Below, piece after piece: positions 60,101 to 64,000 of a DNA stretch of 64,000 bases. Position 1 is the first letter of the stretch, and every line of letters begins with the position of its first letter. A model generated the notes under the pieces. That model searched no databases, was not told the DNA's origin, and was given only the letters and a program-made list of their open reading frames with translations. A program made the translations under genes and the position numbers. The stretch spans positions 7,130,001 to 7,194,000 of the forward strand of contig CM035350.1 of assembly GCA_020137815.1 (NCBI GenBank), read 5' to 3'. Source of the DNA: Hormiphora californensis (Eukaryota > Animalia > Ctenophora).

Positions 60101-63100
60101 GTCACGGAATAATTGGCCTGACAAGGCCAAAGGTAACAAACTAAGCAAATATTCAGGACTCACCTTGTGATAGGAGAGAGATGCCTGGCCGCGTGATTGA
60201 GTAACGCACGAACAATGCAGGTCTCTGATTGACTGACAGCATCACGTGACAATGCAGGATGTCCACATCTAAGTTCTAACAACATCCTCTGGGCATTCTT
60301 CTAGTCTTCCTCTCTGTCACCAACTCAACTGTATTAGGCATCCTGTAAAGAGACCTGTCGGGTAACGACCGAAGATTCAACAGCCACATACAGTTTCCTA
60401 TTTGACGCAAGACAGTTAGACAGATCCATATTGCGAGCACCGATACCAAATCATTCCCATTCTTGAATCACATCCTCAATTGGATACCATCCCCACAACC
60501 GATGTTTGGATATATATGCTTGGTCATCGGCTGGTTACCGCCAAAACATACACCAAAGGTTGCAACGCAAGGTCATGTGATTGAATACAGTACAGGTTCT
60601 CACAGTTCAGAACACAAGCATTCTTCTTATGGCAATATGGATCTGATCCTACTACGAGGGGAAGTTGCACCCGGGACCCAACAGTTCATTCTAAGTGCAA
60701 TAATAAGGCAATGTACCCCCACAGTGGCCATAATAATGTACCTTATTGTTGCTGGATGGGATGTTACAGCTGGGAGTGGTGGGCTGGGTAGTAGCAACAC
60801 AGTAGTAGGATCTCTCAAAACATGTACAGGATATCTGAGAGAGAGAGAACAATGTTAAAAGAGATTCAAGCAAATTAGCAAACCATTTGTCACCATGATA
60901 AGAATTGTGTAAGTTTAAGTAAATTCCAAGGAGGTACCGGGGAGGGGGAGGAAATGAATGGGGGTGCCACAAATTTCCCCCAATGCGCGTGCATTTAGCA
61001 TCTTAAAACAGCTTGACAACTTTCACTTTCCTAGCCAATCATTTATCCGCGCGCTACACTCTCATTTCCCAGGTGATCTTGATAAGGATATCTGAACCAA
61101 GCAAGGACAGGATTGATATCAAGACCCCCCCCCCCCCCCCCTAAGAGTGTTTCTCACCTTAAAAGATACGTCCAACATCCTCCACAGATCCTCGAGAATT
61201 CCTCAAATAAAGGCTCCTCTTTTCTTTTAAAATCCTCCCCACAAATACCATGATCCTCTTACAATTCCTGAGAGCACGTTGTTAGCTAGAGATAGAAGTA
61301 TTTAGAAGACAATTTAATCAGCAATGTATGCCCCCAGTTACGCCACCACTGGATTATCAATTTTAGAACTAGAAATAAAATAAAGTTTCTTGAGTTGTCT
61401 TAATTTATAAGTTACCTTATTGTTGCTGGATGGGATGTTACAGCTGGGAGTGATGGGCTGGGTAGTAGCAACACAGTAGTAGGATCTCTCAAAACATGTA
61501 CAGGATATCTGAGAGAGAGAGAACAATGTTAAAAGAGATTCAAGCAAATTAGCAAATGTAGGATATCAGGGTAACACACAGATCAGGCCTGATCCTAATA
61601 TAATTTCTTTTAGCGCTAGAACCGCGGTCACGGAATAATTGGCCTGACAAGGCCAAAGGTAACAAACTAAGCAAATATTCAGGACTCACCTTGTGATAGG
61701 AGAGAGATGCCTGGCCGCGTGATTGAGTAACGCACGAACAATGCAGGTCTCTGATTGACTGACAGCATCACGTGACAATGCAGGATGTCCACATCTAAGT
61801 TCTAACAACATCCTCTGGGCATTCTTCTAGTCTTCCTCTCTGTCACCAACTCAACTGTATTAGGCATCCTGTAAAGGGGAGGGTGTGTTACAAATACAGA
61901 AGGACAGTGCTCCCATTTGATTTCCTGGTGACTGATGTATTTTGAGGGAAGAGGGTTTTATAGAGAGGGGAGAGGACCTTAGAAACTAGTTTTTTTCTGC
62001 CACCTATCTCTCTCTCTCTCTATCTCTCACCGATCAGGGTCAAACTGGTTCCCTTGGTAAGAGACCTGTCGGGTAACGACCGAAGATTCAACAGCCACAT
62101 ACAGTTTCCTATTTGACGCAAGACAGTTAGACAGATCCATATTGCGAGCACCGATACCAAATCATTCCCATTCTTGAATCACATCCTCAATTGGATACCA
62201 TCCCCACAACCGATGTTTGGATATATATGCTTGGTCATCGGCTGGTTACCGCCAAAACATACACCAAAGGTTGCAACGCAAGGTCATGTGATTGAATACA
62301 GTACAGGTTCTCACAGTTCAGAACACAAGCATTCTTCTTATGGCAATATGGATCTGATCCTACTACGAGGGGAAGTTGCACCCGGGACCCAACAGTTCAT
62401 TCTAAGTGCAATAATAAGGCAATGTACCCCCACAATGGCCATAATAATGTACCCCCACTGTGACAGTGGGCCCAATGTGAATTAACTGTAGGAAGGACAG
62501 GATTGATATCAAGACCCCCCCCCCCCTAAGAGTGTTTCTCACCTTGTTCGCGGAGACAAAAAGATACAAACGTCCAACATCCTCCGCAGATCCTCGAGAA
62601 TGTCTCCTCTTTTCTTTTAAAATCCTCCCCACAAATATCATGATCCTCTTACAATTCCTGAGAGCACGTTGTTAGCTAGAGATAGAAGTATTTAGAAGAC
62701 AATTTAATCAGCAATGTATGCCCCCAGTTACGCCACCACTGGATTATAAATTTTAGAAATAGAAATAAAATAAAGTTTCTTGAGTTGTCTTAATTTATAA
62801 GTTACCTTATTGTTGCTGGATGGGATGTTACAGCTGGGAGTGATGGGCTGGGTAGTAGCAACACAGTAGTAGGATCTCTCAAAACATGTACAGGATATCT
62901 GAGAGAGAGAGAACAATGTTAAAAGAGATTCAAGCAAATTAGCAAATGTAGGATATAAGGGTAGCACACAGATCAGGCCTGATCATAATATAATTTCTTT
63001 TAGCGCTAGAACCGCGGTCACGGAATAATTGGCCTGACAAGGCCAAGGGTAACAAACTAAGCAAATATTCAGGACTCACCTTGTGATAGGAGAGAGATGA

Positions 63101-63667
63101 GGATTGGAAATGAGAAACAAAGGAAATGAATCTTTCCCGCCTTCACTTCGGGCGATGCCTGGCCGCGTGATTGAGTAACGCACGAACAATGCAGGTCTCT
63201 GATTGGCTGACCGCTGGTAAGGGGAGGAGGTGTTAGAAACTAAGGAACTATTTCCCGCTCATGGGCGCGCACTGAGAATCTTAAAAACAGCATTCAAGCC
63301 TTGACAACTTTTGCTTTCCTAGTCAATTAATTATCCGCGCGCTACGCTCTCTTGAAAAGGTCAAATTGTGTTTAATGTTGGATTGAACATTGAGAGTTGT
63401 TATTACCTGAAACGGCTGAGACTGCACTAACGTCCACATCTAAGTTCTAACAACATCCTCTATTATTAGGCATCCTGTAAAGGGGAGGGTGTGTTACAAA
63501 TACAGAAGGACAGTGCTCCCATTTGATTTCCTGGTGACTGATGTATTTTGAGGGAAGAGGGTTTTATAGAGAGGGGAGAGGACCTTAGAAACTAGTTTTT
63601 TCTGCCACCTATCTTTATCTTTCTCTCTCTCTATCTCTCACCGATCAGGGTCAAACTGGTTCCCTTG
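57128..63667. repeat. Macro-tandem repeat of four 1.5-1.75 kb units (starts 57128, 58866, 60387, 62098), fourth unit diverged
   Basis: Units begin CATACAGTTTCCTATTTGACGCAAGACAG; identical ORF translations recur; about 140-bp internal duplication in the first three units. Confidence 0.92.
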
Positions 63668-64000
63668 AAGAGGGGGTACTACTGAAGTATAGATTGGGAA
63701 AACTAATTCTCTTGAAAAGGTCAAATCCCTATTATAAGTTGGATAGGATATAAGTGCCGATAGGAGTCATTAGGGGCGGAGGATTCAACAGGGGGGGGGG
63801 GGGGGAGTTGGGTAAGGATTCAATAGCGGGTGAGTACTGGGTAGTTAATAGGGGGAGGGGGTAATGATTCAATAGGGGTGAGGGGAGTCAAAAGAGCCGG
63901 GGGAGTGAGGAATGAACATTCAATAATGTGGGGCGACAGGAGTCAATAGGGGGCTCTCTTTCTCTCTCTCTATCTCTCTATTTAGGGAGGGAGTGTGGGA

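Noticed and set aside
58942-62485. Recurrent 131-aa plus-strand ORF
   Set aside because: TTG start, disrupted in the first unit, no recognisable domain; splice signals favour the opposite strand.

Overview
Eukaryotic (animal) genomic DNA with spliceosomal introns and many (GA)n/(CT)n tracts. It is probably a ctenophore: the 18969-19091 repeat matches my recollection of an abundant Pleurobrachia element, which I have not verified. The left part (1-28 kb) is gene-dense. It holds an SVOP-like MFS transporter (-) and a 10-exon Slingshot phosphatase (+). Slingshot intron 3 contains an antisense PIM-like kinase, and its last intron is 23 tandem copies of its own 3' splice site. Next come a CFAP90/C5orf49-like ciliary gene (-) absent from the ORF track, with three paralogous alternative last exons, a degenerate nucleoside-hydrolase-like gene, a small orphan ORF and an intronless RNase Z (ELAC2). 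The right part (28.8-64 kb) is a mobile-DNA island centred on an uninterrupted 7.3 kb Helentron/Helitron2-type Rep-Pif1 ORF with a C-terminal OTU protease. It is flanked by tandem duplications, arrays of two hairpin modules (one with covariation), and several MITEs. Three MITE families have poly-G/poly-C termini and 5-bp target duplications. All coordinates, exon joins and family assignments were read by hand; no database searches were run.
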